DNA of 64,000 nucleotides from assembly GCF_018350175.1 (NCBI RefSeq), contig NC_058369.1:15812001-15876000 (forward strand), in the 5' to 3' direction. Made by a program: the position numbers and the translations under genes. The notes beneath the pieces are model-generated. The model worked only from the letters and a program-made list of their open reading frames with translations. It was not told the DNA's origin and did no database searches. This DNA comes from Felis catus (taxonomy: Eukaryota). Numbering within the stretch: the stretch's first letter is position 1; the number at the start of each line of letters is the position of its first letter. This document shows, piece after piece, positions 47,800 to 60,530 of the stretch.

Positions 47800-49400
47800 T
47801 TTCCTCCTGATTGGTACCTTCTTTCAATTGTTTCTGTTTTTCTCAGGTATTGACCTTGACTGATACTGGTAGATAACATACTCCGTCTAGGTCTTTGTTT
47901 AGCAGTTTTAGGCACTATCTACAGACTTTCAGCTGTGACAGGTGAGTGACTTACTCACTTATCACTCCCTTCTCCCACCTCCAAATCATTGCGGGGAGGG
48001 GGTGTATTTTCATATCTTCTGATGGTTAACCTTATGATTTTATATATCCCTCCGTCTCTGTTTACTGACACGCTAACTGTAGGTAGTACTTCTCGGTTCC
48101 CCACCGTGTAAGACAGGAAACTAATACCCCTTCCTTCCTTCCTTCCACTTCTCTCTTTTCTGCTGCCCACCTTCTCTCAATTACACCACTCCTTTCCCCT
48201 TGTCAAATTTGTAGCACGGGCATTCTCTCTGGTGAATTTATCTTCCGTGCTTTGTCGCTAATTGAATTCTGATCATGGAAAGCCAGGGAACAAACCGTAT
48301 ATAAGGTAGAAAGATGCTGTAACTATTATTCTCTAAGAACTGGGTGTTAGGTTGAGATCTATACGATGGGTTGGTCAAGGTCCAATTGGATGACCGATGT
48401 CAAGGTCAAGTGCGTCTTCTTTTCCTAGACTCCATCAGCTACACAAAATCATTTTTTATTTGGTTGCTTTTGTATTTGGGCCACGATATATGTGTACATA
48501 TTTTATTATAATATATATGTATATATAATATACTATGTATAAGTGTATTTATATATTATAAATAAAAAATATATACTATGTTTATTTCCACAACTTACTG
48601 TTTTCTGATTTTTGGTTGATTGACAACAGAAACATATTCCTTCTTCATAATAACACAAATACCTTCCACTTCTTTAATTATATCATTTATTCTGTGCTCC
48701 AAAATATGTCGACTTTTGGCTAAGCCAACTGCACATCTGAACTGAAGTGTGAGTTTCTTTTCATTGTATTTCTAGGCTGGTTTAATTTCCTTTTTTTGTT
48801 TTTAGTTCTCTTGTCTTCCTCTTTCTCAGGTAGCACATCATCAAGTAATTTTATTTCCACAAAGAACTTATGGGAGTTCATTCTCTGAATTCTTGCATGT
48901 CTAATAAGCCTTTACTTCTCCTCCACTCTGGGTGGATAGTTTGGCAAGATATCAAATTCTAGGTACGAAATTATTTCTTTGGACTTCGAAGGCAATTCCT
49001 CCACTGTCTTCCAGCATTGAATGGTGCTGATGAGAATAATGCCAACCTTGGTCTTTCTCTTTCATTGGTTGTCCGGATCTTCTTTAGTATCAGCGCTCTG
49101 AAATTCCATGAGGTTGTTTCTGTGGATCACGGTCTGTTCGCTGTGCTGAGTCCCTGGGGTCTTCTGAGCTACAATACAACTTTGCCTTCTTTCCACTCTG
49201 GGAGATTTTCTTCAATTATTTCCTCAATAATTTCCACCTCTCCATTTTTACTTTTCTCCTTCTCTGAAGTCCCTATTGCATAAATTTTGCCTCACCTCAT
49301 TGGACACTTCCTGTCTCTTTTTCTCAAATTATCCGCCTTTTGTCATTTTACTGTCTAATCTGCAAGGTCTTCTGGACTTTTTGGTGTCATCTTTCTTTCT
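47800..49400 (-). mobile_element. Very old antisense L1-like remnant, T-rich, with (TA)n tract at about 48485-48580
   Basis: TCTCTGAATTCTTGCATGTCT, GATAGTTTGGC, CTGGGAGATTTTCTTCAATTATTTC resemble antisense L1M 5' regions. Confidence 0.5.
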
Positions 49401-49624
49401 TTGAGTTTTTTTAAATTGTATGTCGTATATTTATGGTAATAATTAATACATTATTGTATCTAATCAAAATTATTTAAATTTATTTAAAAGGCTTAAAACA
49501 AATTATAATAAGTTATTTAACAAAACATAAAAATTACTTATTATAATAATTTAAAAGTACATTTCAAAAGGGATTTAAAACAGGCTTTTTGTTTCCAAGG
49601 GCTCCTTTTAAATAAACTGTTTTC

Positions 49625-49838
49625 GGGGCATCTGGGTGGCTCAGTTGGTTGAGCATCTGACTTCGGCTCGGGTCATGATCTCACAGTTTGTGGGTTCGAG
49701 CCCCGCATCGAGTTCTGTGCTGACAGTTCAGAGCCTAGAGCCTGCTTCAGATTCTGTGTTTCCCTGTCTCTGCCCCTCCCCTGCTTGCTGTCTCTCTCTC
49801 TCCCTCTCTCTCTCAAAAATAAATAAGCATTAAAAAAA
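49625..49838 (+). mobile_element. CAN/SINEC SINE
   Basis: Full head, CT region, A tail. Confidence 0.93.
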
Positions 49839-50411
49839 TTTTTTTTTAAATACATAGACTTTTTGTGTTGTGGGTGCATCATCTTGACTCTGCATGAGGA
49901 TAATTAGAATTTGGGGTTTGTTTTTACTTAGTTCTTCTTCCTCTAGGTTTATTTATTCTGTTTACTCGTCTTGGTCTTTTATTTTCCTGTGTGAATGGTG
50001 ATTTGGGGCAGCCCGTTACTATTTATGTATACCAGGCTGGGTGGTGTAATTTGGGTAACTGGGGAGCGTTTCCTCTTCTCTGAGTGAAAAGGTTGATAGT
50101 AAGCTCTCCAGCTGTGGAGGGGGTATTCACCTTCAGGCTTCAGAGTAAGCTGAAGAATGGGAAGAAGCTTGCAGCCTCCGGCCCTCCCCACCCTACTCCA
50201 GGATCCATTCCCACCACGCCTCCTCCCAGCCCCCACCATGCTGTAAGCCCTAGCCCTTCAAGCCAGCTTTTGTTTATTTTTAAAAAATTGTTTTTCCAGC
50301 CTCACCTTTGGCACAATCGCTACATGCTGGTCAGAATTTGTAGGTTTCATTTTGTAAATGTATAATGTCGATATCATATTAGTTGATGCTGATTAATTCA
50401 TCCTTGCTCCT

Positions 50412-50995
50412 GGTGGTGGTTTTGAAACATGCTTGTAATTCGCTGACACTCCTCACAGTAAGGAGTAGAGTCTGTGACCTCTCCTCTTGAACCTGGGCAA
50501 GCTCTTATGGCCGCTTCAGTGAATAGAATGTGGCAGAAATGGTGCTGTGCGACTTTGAAGCCAGATCAGAAAAGGTCATGCAGCTTCTACCAGTGTTTCT
50601 TTGGGACACTGACTCCAGGGCTCCAGCTGCCACATAAGAGGTCTAGCTATGCTGAAGCCTTTTTGGGGACATACCACACAGAGAGACCAACAGACAGGTA
50701 GATAGTCAGGCAGGAAGGTAGGTAGGTGGGTAGATAGTTAGACCCAGAAATGGATAGATAGATCCATGGGTGGCTGGATAGATCCATCCGTGGCTTGATG
50801 AATACATTGAATACCCGGTGATTTCAGTCTTCCTAGGCTCTAGACATCTGAGTGAAGAACCCTTCAGGATGACCTTGGTCCAGCCTCTGTCTTTCTGCAA
50901 CCACATGACAGACAAAGCAAGACCCACCTTGCTTAGCCCAGTCAACTCCAGTTTGGTTTTGCTTAAAGCACCATTTGGGGTGGTTTGTTACACAT
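50412..50995 (+). mobile_element. MLT1-type LTR with internal (GATA/GGTA)n
   Basis: TGACACTCCTC...CCTCTTGAACCTGGGC...AATAGAATGTGGCAGAA...TTTGGGGTGGTTTGTTAC. Confidence 0.75.
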
Positions 50996-52792
50996 GAGCC
51001 ATAGCTAATCAGAACATGCCTTATTAACATAGTTAATCATAGTTTATATTTATAGAAAAATACCACAATGGTGTCCTGTAATCTGGGATCCCCTTGTCTA
51101 TGCTTCTGGTTTGAGCTCCCTGTCCATTTTCCAGGAAAAACTATTCCTTTGGTAGCAGTAACTCCCAGAGTAGGGATTGTTTCTGACCCAGAAACCAATG
51201 GGTCTCACCAATGGCAATTGTTATTTCCATTATTAAGAGACCATCCTAAACAAATTAAGGCCTTCAAATGCTTTCCCTTCACACCCTCTCCCACCCCATA
51301 CCTGCTCCCTTACTCCCCTGCTTGAGAAAGAATCATGAGGTTTGAGGTTTCAGAACCTGAAAGAGATCCAAAGGATCATCGGAGCCAACGTACTTATTTT
51401 ACAGATGAAGAAACTGAGGCTATGACCCCCCCCCCCCCTTCCTCCCATTGCACGCTTGATAAGTAGGTGACACGGAACTAGAACTCAGGTCTCCAGGCGA
51501 CCACTTCAACCAGCATCAACCATTGATGCTACTCCTGCCCTGGACTGGGTCGTCTTTCCAACCCAGAGCAAAGGCTTGACCCTCTAGGCTGCCCTACCAT
51601 GTCCTGTCATAAGAGAAAGCTGGTGTGTGTCCTGCCCATACACCGGTTTTTCACTCCTCTAGGTCAGATCGAGACCCCATTCCGGCTAGTACACGTGTGT
51701 GAGCAGCTATCACACACAAAGAGAACCAAACAGAATAAAGCCCAAATAAAAAGGGCTTCTTTTCACTAAGAGACAGAAACGAGATTGTCTGTGCTTCCCG
51801 ATGTTAATTATACGAGGGGTGGGAATTGAAACCGATCTGAAATTCTCCCTCTCCTACAAACCTACCAAACCCCAAAGTTTTTCAATTTCGTTTTATGAAC
51901 AGGCAGAAGTACTCTTGCAGCTCTCAAGCCAATGAAGGAGCACACACACCACGATATGTGCTGCTTTGCAAGGAGCTGTCAAAAGCAGAGCTGGAAAACC
52001 CTTGTCCTCATCAAGCGGCTTTCCCCAGAAATGGTGTGGATGGAAGTGGGGGGTGGGACGAGCAGGAGGCTGCGGACTGGAAGCTGAGTGCACAGATTCT
52101 GAAAAGGATTACTGAAATCCCTGGTGGCGAGGCAGCAGATGGGGAAGGGCAGGTTCTAGAGCAGAAACCCTTCCTGCCAGCATAGCAAGGATAAAAATAA
52201 ACTCCCAGCAAATGCGCAGAATCAGCCATCGCCTACACTCTCTTCATGTTATCATGTGTTATTTTCCATCACCCAAATCATGCGCGACGTACGATTTTGC
52301 AACCTTTTTTTTTCACTGTGTATCCCATCATAAAAATTGTCCCATGTCATCAGAACTTATCCACAAACATCATTTTGGAGAACTATGTAGTATTGGCTGA
52401 CTATACCGTAATTTACTTATGTCCTTCTTGCTGGATGTTTTCCCCAGTTTTTCAATATTATAAATAACTCCGCAATAAACCACTTTGTCTCCTACCTGTG
52501 GTTTTCCAGAGATACACCTCTCTCTTAGCGTTCCCTTGTAGATTTTGATAGAGAAGACTCTCATGTTGTTACGAAAGTAGAGGTTAATAAGCTGGTAAAA
52601 TGCACATTTTTTTAATTGTAATTTGTATTGTGTAGGAGATTGTAAGCAACGCTTGTTTTCTTCTTTGAACTTGCTGTGAGGAATATCCCTATTTAACAGA
52701 TCAGGAAGCTGAGGCTCGAAGAAGTTAAGTGATTTGCTCAAGGTCACTGAGCCACGATTTCAATTCAGGCAATTACACCCCAGAGCCCACAC

Positions 52793-52881
52793 TTTTTTTT
52801 TTTTAAATGTGTATTTATTTTGAGGGAGAGTGAGAGAGAGAGAGAGAGAGTGCATGCACACACAAATGGAGGAGGGTCAAA

Positions 52882-52921
<40 letters not shown>

Positions 52922-53012
52922 CCCGAGCAGGCTCCATGTTCAGCGAGGAGCCTGACCTGGGACTCAGTCCTGCTACTGTGAGATTGTGACCTGAGCGGAA
53001 ATGAAGTCGGAT
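52793..53012 (-). mobile_element. CAN/SINEC SINE lacking its 5' head
   Basis: Tail and body present; stops at GAAGTCGGAT. Confidence 0.85.
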
Positions 53013-53014
53013 TC

Positions 53015-53251
53015 TTTTTTTTTTTTTTTTTAATTTTTTTTTTTCTCAACGTTTTTATTTATTTTTGGGACAGAGAGAGACAGAGCATGAACGGGGGAGG
53101 GGCAGAGAGAGAGGGAGACACAGAATCGGAAACAGGCTCCAGGCTCTGAGCCATCAGCCCAGAGCCTGACGCGGGGCTCGAACTCCCGGACCGCGAGATC
53201 GTGACCTGGCTGAAGTCGGACGCTTAACCGACTGCGCCACCCACGCGCCCC
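53015..53251 (-). mobile_element. Young SINEC_Fc-type SINE
   Basis: Diagnostic positions, long T tail. Confidence 0.95.
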
Positions 53252-56200
53252 TATGGAGTTTTAATTTTCTTTGTGCTTTTCCAGATGTTCTACAATGACC
53301 ATCTCTTGAAGTCAGAAAACTTCAGGGTATCAGAGTCTTTTATTCATTCGGCGGATAGGAGGGTGCTGTGGGTGAAGGCAAACGCGGGCTCTGGGCTGGG
53401 GGGGGGGGGATGGGGAGATGGGGGGAAAGCAGGAAGCCTGCGGGGAGGAGGGGGTGTTTGAATCAGGCCTTGCCATGGTCTGAAATTAACACGGAAGAAA
53501 GCGAGGCCATCATGATGGTTTTCTGCTGCTTCTGAACACACCCCCTTTCTTCTGGAGTCCTAGCACCATATTCTCCCCCCCCCCGGAATCTTTGCGTGTC
53601 CGTGTGGCCAAATCTACATTATTTCTCTTGGGGAAGGGGCTTCCAGGAGGCGATAGAGTGATTTCCACAATTACCTGGCAGGGGAGCCGGGGGGGGCGGT
53701 GGGGAGGGCTACCCTGGTCCTCGAGAGAGAATGCTTCCTCCTGCTCAGGTCACAGTGGTCTCCGTGACACCCGTGGTTCGAGGTAGCGGCTTGGGCTATG
53801 GGGGACAACACCTGTGGTTTGCAGAAGCCGCTCTCGAAACGTCTGCCATTTTCTGTTCCTGGAAATGACTGCACTCCACGCAGAGGTGGGAGGGCTTACA
53901 TGTCAGAAAGCACCCCCCGCCCCCGGGACTCAGCCCACAGAAAGAGACTCCCCCCGCCAGGGGCCCATGGACTGGTCCTTCTGAGGCTGGCCCTGCCTTG
54001 ACAGTCGGTTTCACACCTGGCCAAGCACGTCCAGTGCACAACGTTCCCACGAGAGCATCTCAGCGACTCCGGGCCCCGCAGAGGACTTTAGGCATCGTTC
54101 GCAGAGACGACACCGACTGTATCTGGCAAGCCCCTCGAACAAAACGTCACCTCCAACCAAGCCAGAGGCATGTGTCTCTCCGGCAGGAAAGCAGTTCCCA
54201 CCTCCCAGGTCCTGGAAAAACTCCCCCCGTGTCAGCTGTAGGCCATCACATGCTTCCCAGTCATGTCCTCCTGGAAATGTGTAAGGAAGCCGGCTTTGGA
54301 ATGTCCCAGAACTTGGGGAAGGAGGCCCAGGCCCCACCCATGTCTTAGCGCCCTGCCCTCCCCCATGTAAGGTAAATTTAAAGCTGAACTTGTCTAGTGG
54401 CCGGAAAGGGGAAGAGAGGCTTCTCTTTTGTAGAGCATTCCCAGGAGAAACCCAGTGCTTGTGAATTCGTCCTCTGTCCCTTTGACACGCCGGAATTCGT
54501 GTATACAACACGCGTAGGAATAGGTAGGAATCCAAGTGTGAATTATTTGCACACTTCTCGCCAGCTTTAAAGCCCAGGCGTGTTCAGTAACGGCTTAACG
54601 GTCCTCATTATCTCTTTGAAATGCAAACATCATCGTCTGCGGTCCCCACGGCGCCTGTCACCACGCTCCAGGCTGTGACAGCCGGCCTGTCCTAGAGGCA
54701 AAGGCAAACTCACCGGCACAACCGGCTCCCGGAGCCGGTGGGTGAAGTCGGGTAACCGCGTGGAGAACGCAGACGGCGCGGCCAGGCCCTCCTGTGGGAC
54801 GACGGGCTGCCCTTAGTCTTGGGCACGTGTTCACAATGGATTGTGGCTGCTCGGTGGCACAAAAAATAGCAGACCGTCTTTCCGGCTGTGTCATCTCCAC
54901 GGAGCCTCGCGTGTGGGCGCGCTGCAACCGGCTTCCACGCTTACTCGATAATAAAACTGTTTTCTTCCTTGTTTTCTTCCTCTTCACACCATTGTGGAGC
55001 AAACTGGGATGGAAGGATGTTCCTTGCCCCCAGCACCCACGGCCACCAGCTGCTTCACTGGGTGCGGAGGCCGTCCTTGGCCCGGTACTCACAGTGCCCA
55101 TCTGAGGACGGTTGTCCGGCATGCCAGTCTCCCCGCCTGCCTTCTCTGCCCACTCCCCTGCCCCCCACCGGGTCAGCCTTGGGTCCCCGCTTCCCGGCGC
55201 TCAGTGACCAGACCGTGTGGCCCGTGCCTAGACAGGGCTGGGAGCGGCTCTCTGTGTCCCGGTGAGGGACCAGGCCCTCTTTTGTTTTGCGGGCCTTCCC
55301 CACGGGGCTTCGAGGTCCCTCGGGTCTGGGCCGGCTGTCCTGGAGCCCCGGTGCTGCCGGGGATCCATGCAAACAGGGCCCTGATGTATACAAACGAGGA
55401 ACCATCCCGCCCACCCCCTCCCCCCACCCAAGGAGAGCTGGGCTTGCAGGTAGCGAGGGGGGCGGGGGAAGAGATACGTGTCACACCCCACTTTGGCGGG
55501 AAGGGGCCGTGCACGGCTGGGTAAAAGAGACCACATCGCTCTCAGCTGTCACCTTTGTTGAGCTGTCAGAGTCAGAGGTGACTCACGACCCCAAGGGCCC
55601 TTTACGTAGGTCTCGGAGCCCAAACCTGGCTCTTTCCAGGATGCCGGCGGTTGCTGTGGGTAATTACGAAGGGAGGATGGAGGAAACAGGCATCTGGAAG
55701 ATTCTGTGCCCCCTCCTCTTAGTCTGGTTTTTTTGTTTTTTTTTTCCTTTCTCTTTTTTTCTCCTGTGGGGATAGAAACCAGGTCCGCTTTTCTTAGCTG
55801 GAAGCTTGGCTTCTAGTCGTTTGGACACACCCAGCAGCAAATTGCTGCCCGCAGAGGTGGGTTGCGTCCTTGAGAAGCCCCCTCCCCCTCTCCTTGCGCC
55901 ATTGACGGGCACAGGCCGCGAGGATGAGTCATTGCGTGGTCTGACCCCAAAATGTTCGTACTTGGCCTCAGAGTGGCCACAGGGGGCTGGCGCTGGGGGC
56001 AGATCCCGAGTCATACCAAAGGGTGAGGGCAGACTTCTGAACGCTGGTTCTGGAAAAAAATATCGGGGCTCCCTCTGTCTGTTCCTGGACCCCTCTCCTT
56101 TCTCTTCTCTCTCTCCCGGGGACACAAAAGATCAACTCCGTCCATTGTCCTCCTTCTCTAAGAAGAGAACCTCCTCCCAGGATTCCGGGGATTGGTTCAA

Positions 56201-56576
56201 TAATCGTTCTGAAATGAGAAGAATTAAGGTAAAGACACACAATTTCAAATAGGCACTACCTTATTCGGCATAGTAGGTGTGCCCTAGAATGATAATTTCC
56301 CTGGAAGGAATTCTTTTTCAAATGTGGAAAGTGGACTTCACTGTTCGACTCAGTCTTATAATACGCTGTTTGAGGAGAAAGCGTCCAGGCATAATGAGAA
56401 TGTGTATCCAATCATCTCCTCGATTTGAAGTTCCGATTTTTTACGTAGATGATTTGTTCAATGCCTTAAAAAAAAAAAATGTGGTCTGGTACAGCATCCT
56501 GAAATCTTTGTTTTAATTTTAAGATGATAAAAGGAATACATAGTCAAGATATCAGTTTTTATTCAAGGGTTTTAAA

Positions 56577-56803
56577 TTTATTTTATTTTTTTAATTTTTT
56601 AAAGGTATGTTTATCTTTGAGAGAGAGACAGACAGAGAGCAAGCAAGGGGTGGGGCAGAGAGAGGGAGACACAGAATCCGAAGCAGGCTCCAGGCTCTGA
56701 GGCATCAGCACAGAGCCGGATGCGGGGCTCGAACTCACGAACCGTGAGAGCATGACCTGAGCTGAAGTTGGCCGCTGAAATGACTGAGCCACCCAGGTGC
56801 CCC
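56577..56803 (-). mobile_element. CAN/SINEC SINE
   Basis: Reverse SINE inserted in the tail of the next one. Confidence 0.92.
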
Positions 56804-56805
56804 AA

Positions 56806-57006
56806 TTTTATTTTATTTTTAAGTTTATTTTATTTATTTTGAGAGAGAGAGAGAGAGAGAGAGAGCGAGCAGGGCAGGGGCAGAGAGAGGATCCCAAGCA
56901 GGCTCTGAGCTGCCTACTAAGGGCTCGTTCCTATGAACCATGAGATCACCACCTGAGCCAAAATCAAGAGTCAGACGCTTAACTGACGGAGCCACACAGG
57001 CGCCCC
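56806..57006 (-). mobile_element. CAN/SINEC SINE
   Basis: Reverse SINE; GTTTTAAAT flanks the composite. Confidence 0.9.
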
Positions 57007-57109
57007 AGGAGTTTTAAATGTTAATGTTTTCGACTGTATCAACCTTTCCCTTTATGGTGTGTGTATTTTATTTTCTCCTTAAATGCATAAACGGCTGCGA
57101 TATCTTCGC

Positions 57110-57555
57110 CGTAGGTGTTCATGCCTCTGCAACGTGTCTTTGTAGCACCTCGTCCTGTTAGGAGGTGCTGTTCTATCTCTATCCTTCTGGAGTCTCTGTA
57201 CTTGCTTCGGCCGAGGGAAGACGGCAGAAGTGATGCTGTGGCTATTCTGAGCGCAGAGGACTTCGGGAACTCTGCCTGCTGCCGTGTAAATGAACCCACG
57301 CTAGCCTACTGGATGATGAAGGATGTGGCCCCGTCACCGCAGTGGCCCCAGCCCACAGCCAGCTCAGCTAACCTGGCAGCTGGCCATGGTTGCCTGAGCG
57401 AGCCCAGCAAAGACCGTAAGAACTGCCCAGCTCAGCCTAGCCTAAACTGCTGACCTGTAGAATCACCAACAATGAAAAATTAGCCGTTACTTTGAGAGAA
57501 TCCCAGCCCTAAATGTTGGGCTGGTTTGTTAGGCAGCAATATTTAAATAGTACAG
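57110..57555 (+). mobile_element. MLT1-type LTR
   Basis: GGCAGAAGTGATGCTGTG...GCTAGCCTACTGGATGATGA...GAACTGCCCAGCTCAGCC...GGTTTGTTAGGCAGCAATA. Confidence 0.75.
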
Positions 57556-57772
57556 GTCTTATTAGAGAGCCCTCGCTATCTTGAAGTCCTAAAGCATCTA
57601 TCTTTCTGTGTTCTCAAGGTTTCTCTATTTTGTTTTCCGTATTTATGTGCCATAATCGATCTGCAATTAAGTGTTTCTTGTGGGAGGTAGAGACCTAAGG
57701 CATTTCTGCTCATTCAATTTTTTTTCTGTATTTTTTCATATTTGAAATATTTCATAACGAATGCTGTAGTCA

Positions 57773-58000
57773 TTTTTATTTTTTTATTTTTTAAAATAAT
57801 TTTTAATGTTTATTTTTTGAGGGAGAGAGAGAGAGAGAGCGAGAGCAGGGGAGGGGCAGAGAGGGAGACACAGAATCCGAAGCAGGCTCCTGTGTCTGAG
57901 CTGTCAGCAGAGCCTGATGTGGGGCTTGAACCCTCGAACCATGAGATCGTGACCTGAGCTGAAGCCAGACGATTAACCGACTGAGCCACCCAGGCGCCCC
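57773..58000 (-). mobile_element. CAN/SINEC SINE
   Basis: Reverse SINE. Confidence 0.92.
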
Positions 58001-58037
58001 GTTGTAAATCTTTTTTAGCAACTATATATTTCCTTTC

Positions 58038-58071
58038 ACACTTGATCTTAGCCAAAAGGCCAAGAAGCAAT
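58038..58071 (-). pseudogene. RNU2: 3'-truncated U2 snRNA retropseudogene (U2 nt 1-34)
   Basis: Minus strand ATTGCTTCTTGGCCTTTTGGCTAAGATCAAGTGT matches the U2 5' end at 32/34 positions; both differences are C>T at CpG. Confidence 0.92.
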
Positions 58072-58099
58072 ACATGTTTTCTTTTTAAAAATGACTGTA

Positions 58100-58288
58100 G
58101 GGGTGCCTGGGTGGCTCAGGTCATGATCTCCTGTCCTATGAGTTCAAGCCCCGCATCGGGCTCTGTGCCGACAGCTCAGAGCCTGGAACCTGCTTCGGAT
58201 TCTGTGTCTCCCTCTGTCTCTGCCCCTCCCCCGCTCATGCTCTGTCTCTCTCTCTCTCTCTCTCAAAAATACATAAACATTAAACAAA
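58100..58288 (+). mobile_element. CAN/SINEC SINE with a short internal deletion between two GCTCAG repeats
   Basis: Reads GGGTGGCTCAGGTCATGATC, skipping the intervening head segment. Confidence 0.9.
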
Positions 58289-58591
58289 TTTTTAAAAAAG
58301 ACTTTAAAAAGATTTACAACAAAAATAAAAACAAGATTTCACAACTCAGCTGTAGCCCACTTACGACATTGTGAAGGGGGAGGGGTACAGTTTGTATCAA
58401 ACAGTTTTCCATTTTTCTCACTTAGCATCGCATTTATTTCCCTGTAGCCAAATTATCCAAGATAATCTCGAAGGATCGCATGTAGTTTGTCACAGGGCTA
58501 TGCCATATTTACTTCACCAGGCACGCGCGTGAGGCATGGGCCACCTCCCATTTTTCAATACGAATGCTAGTACAACACGGGATATTCTTGC

Positions 58592-58889
58592 TTTTTTTTA
58601 AGAGGTTTTTTTTTTTTTTTTAAGTTTATTTATTTTGAGAGAGAGAGAGAGCACATGTGCATGTGTGCGAGTCAGGGAGGAGCAGAGAGAGAGAGAGAGA
58701 GAGTACGTGCATACGCACAAGTGGGCGAGAGGCAGAGAGCGAGGGAGAGAGGCTGAATCCCAAGCAGGCTCCTCACTGTCAATGCAGAGCCCGTGACGGG
58801 ACTTGATCCCACGGTCTGAGACCATGACCTGAGCCGAAATCAAGAGCCAGATGCTCAACCGAGCGAGCCCCCCCCCCCCCGGGGCGCCC
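58592..58889 (-). mobile_element. CAN/SINEC SINE with duplicated tail-proximal segment
   Basis: Two (GA)n/CA-rich blocks; ATATTCTTG on both flanks. Confidence 0.88.
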
Positions 58890-58974
58890 TCCGTGCTGAA
58901 TATTCTTGTGCAAATATTTCTGACCAGCTCTTCAGGATCATGTCTAGAAATGAAGTTGTGGGGACAAAAGGGAT

Positions 58975-59265
58975 GAGAAAGACAAATATCCTATGACTTC
59001 ACTCATTTGAAGACTTTAAGAGACCAAACAGATGAACATAAGGGAAAGGGAAGCAAAAATAATATAAAAACAGGGAGGGGGACGAAACAGAAGAGACTCA
59101 TGAATATGGAGAACAAACTGAGGGTTACTGGAGGGGTTGTGGGACGGGGGGTGGGCTAAATGGGGAAGGGGCCCTAAGGAATCTACTCCCGAAATCATTG
59201 TTGCACTAGATGCTAACTAATCTGGATGTAAATTTAAAAAAAAAATAAAGTTTAAATGAAAAAAA
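58975..59265 (+). mobile_element. Feliform L1 3'-end fragment (same family as 28415-28700)
   Basis: Near-identical to the 3'UTR at 28415-28690. Confidence 0.92.
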
Positions 59266-60139
59266 GAAAACAATTTTCAGATCCAAAGTGCAGTTCGAGA
59301 AAGACACTCTCTACAGAGAGAGCGCGGGTCCCCACCCCCTCCACCAGCTCTGCAGGAGGAGAGCCATCCAACCCCAGGCTTCATCCGAATGTTCTCGCTG
59401 AAGTAAATGAAGAATCCAATCTCGGATGATTCACCGAGTCAGAACAAGGTCGCATGCTGGTGAGAACAGAAAACTGGGAAGAAGCACCTAATCTATTAAC
59501 TCAGTACCTTTAGTTCCTCCTCTTAAATTTATTCGACAAAAAATGTCATCGCACCAGTACCCAGAGGCCTCTCCTGCCTTGGGCCACACCCTGCTCCCCG
59601 AAGCCTGAACCAGGAGCCAGGAACACAGGATGGGTTCCGACTGGGCCGTTGCTCAGAGCCAAAGAGGAGCACGCGGGGGCTTCTGCCTCTCTGCTCGGGG
59701 AGAGGCCAGAGGGCCCAGGCGGTCACTCATTCAAACATCTGTGTCTGGTCTTAGCCATCGCTGCACCAGAGGCTGGGCACCCAAGAGTGACCAGCCTAGA
59801 GAGAAAATTCCCAGTCGTAGAGATAAGAGCTCTCTAAGGCCCAGCTGCAGAAACCAAGAAAGCAGGGGAAGGAGTGCCCCACGCAGCCTGGGGGGTCAGG
59901 GACAGCCTTCCAGAAGAGTGCGCGTCCAGACGGATCTTTGAATAAGTAGGGCTTGGCCAGGCTCAGAGGGGAACAGGTGTTCGAGGTGACTACAGGGAGG
60001 AAGGTGGAGAGTGTGGCAGAAGGGGCGGGTCATGAGAAGCTTCCTAGGGCTGGCCCTATAGCCTTTGCGAGGTCCTACCATCTGGCCCCACCACCTTTCT
60101 GAGCCCATCCCTCCTCCACACCCTCCACCCCACCACCCC

Positions 60140-60530
60140 GCCCTGCTCCAGCCCCATTAGAGTCTTTGCTGTTCTGCAAGCGCGCTTCAGTCCTAACCTC
60201 TGCATTTGCCTCTCTCTCTGCCCGGAATGCTCTTCCCTCAGATAGATACAGGCTTTCTTCCTCACTTCCCTCAGGCCTCTGCTCCAAATGTCATCGTCTA
60301 AGCAGAGACACTTCCTCTGATAAGCTATCATAGAGCATGCCACTCTGGCCACCTACCCTGCTTTATTTTTCTTCTGTTTCTTCTCTGTCTCCCACGCCAG
60401 CATCGAGTAGAACGGGAGCCCCGTGAAGATACGGACTTTGCTTTTTCCTCGTTCAGCCAAGTAAAAGCTACTGAACAGTCTAGCCCCTGGGCCTAGAACA
60501 CTGTCTGATGCATAGCAGGTGTATCAGAAA
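60140..60530 (+). mobile_element. L2 LINE remnant
   Basis: CTGCCCGGAATGCTCTTCCC...CTCTGCTCCAAATGTCA...GCCTAGAACACTGTCTGATGCATAGCAGG. Confidence 0.7.

Noticed and set aside
48713..48724. CTTTTGGCTAAG matching U2
   Set aside because: Only 12 nt and the flanks do not match; likely chance.
19745..55990. CTCF-like strings near 19745, 25222, 43770, 53955 and 55975
   Set aside because: Each has indels or mismatches in the core; cannot be called without matrix scoring.
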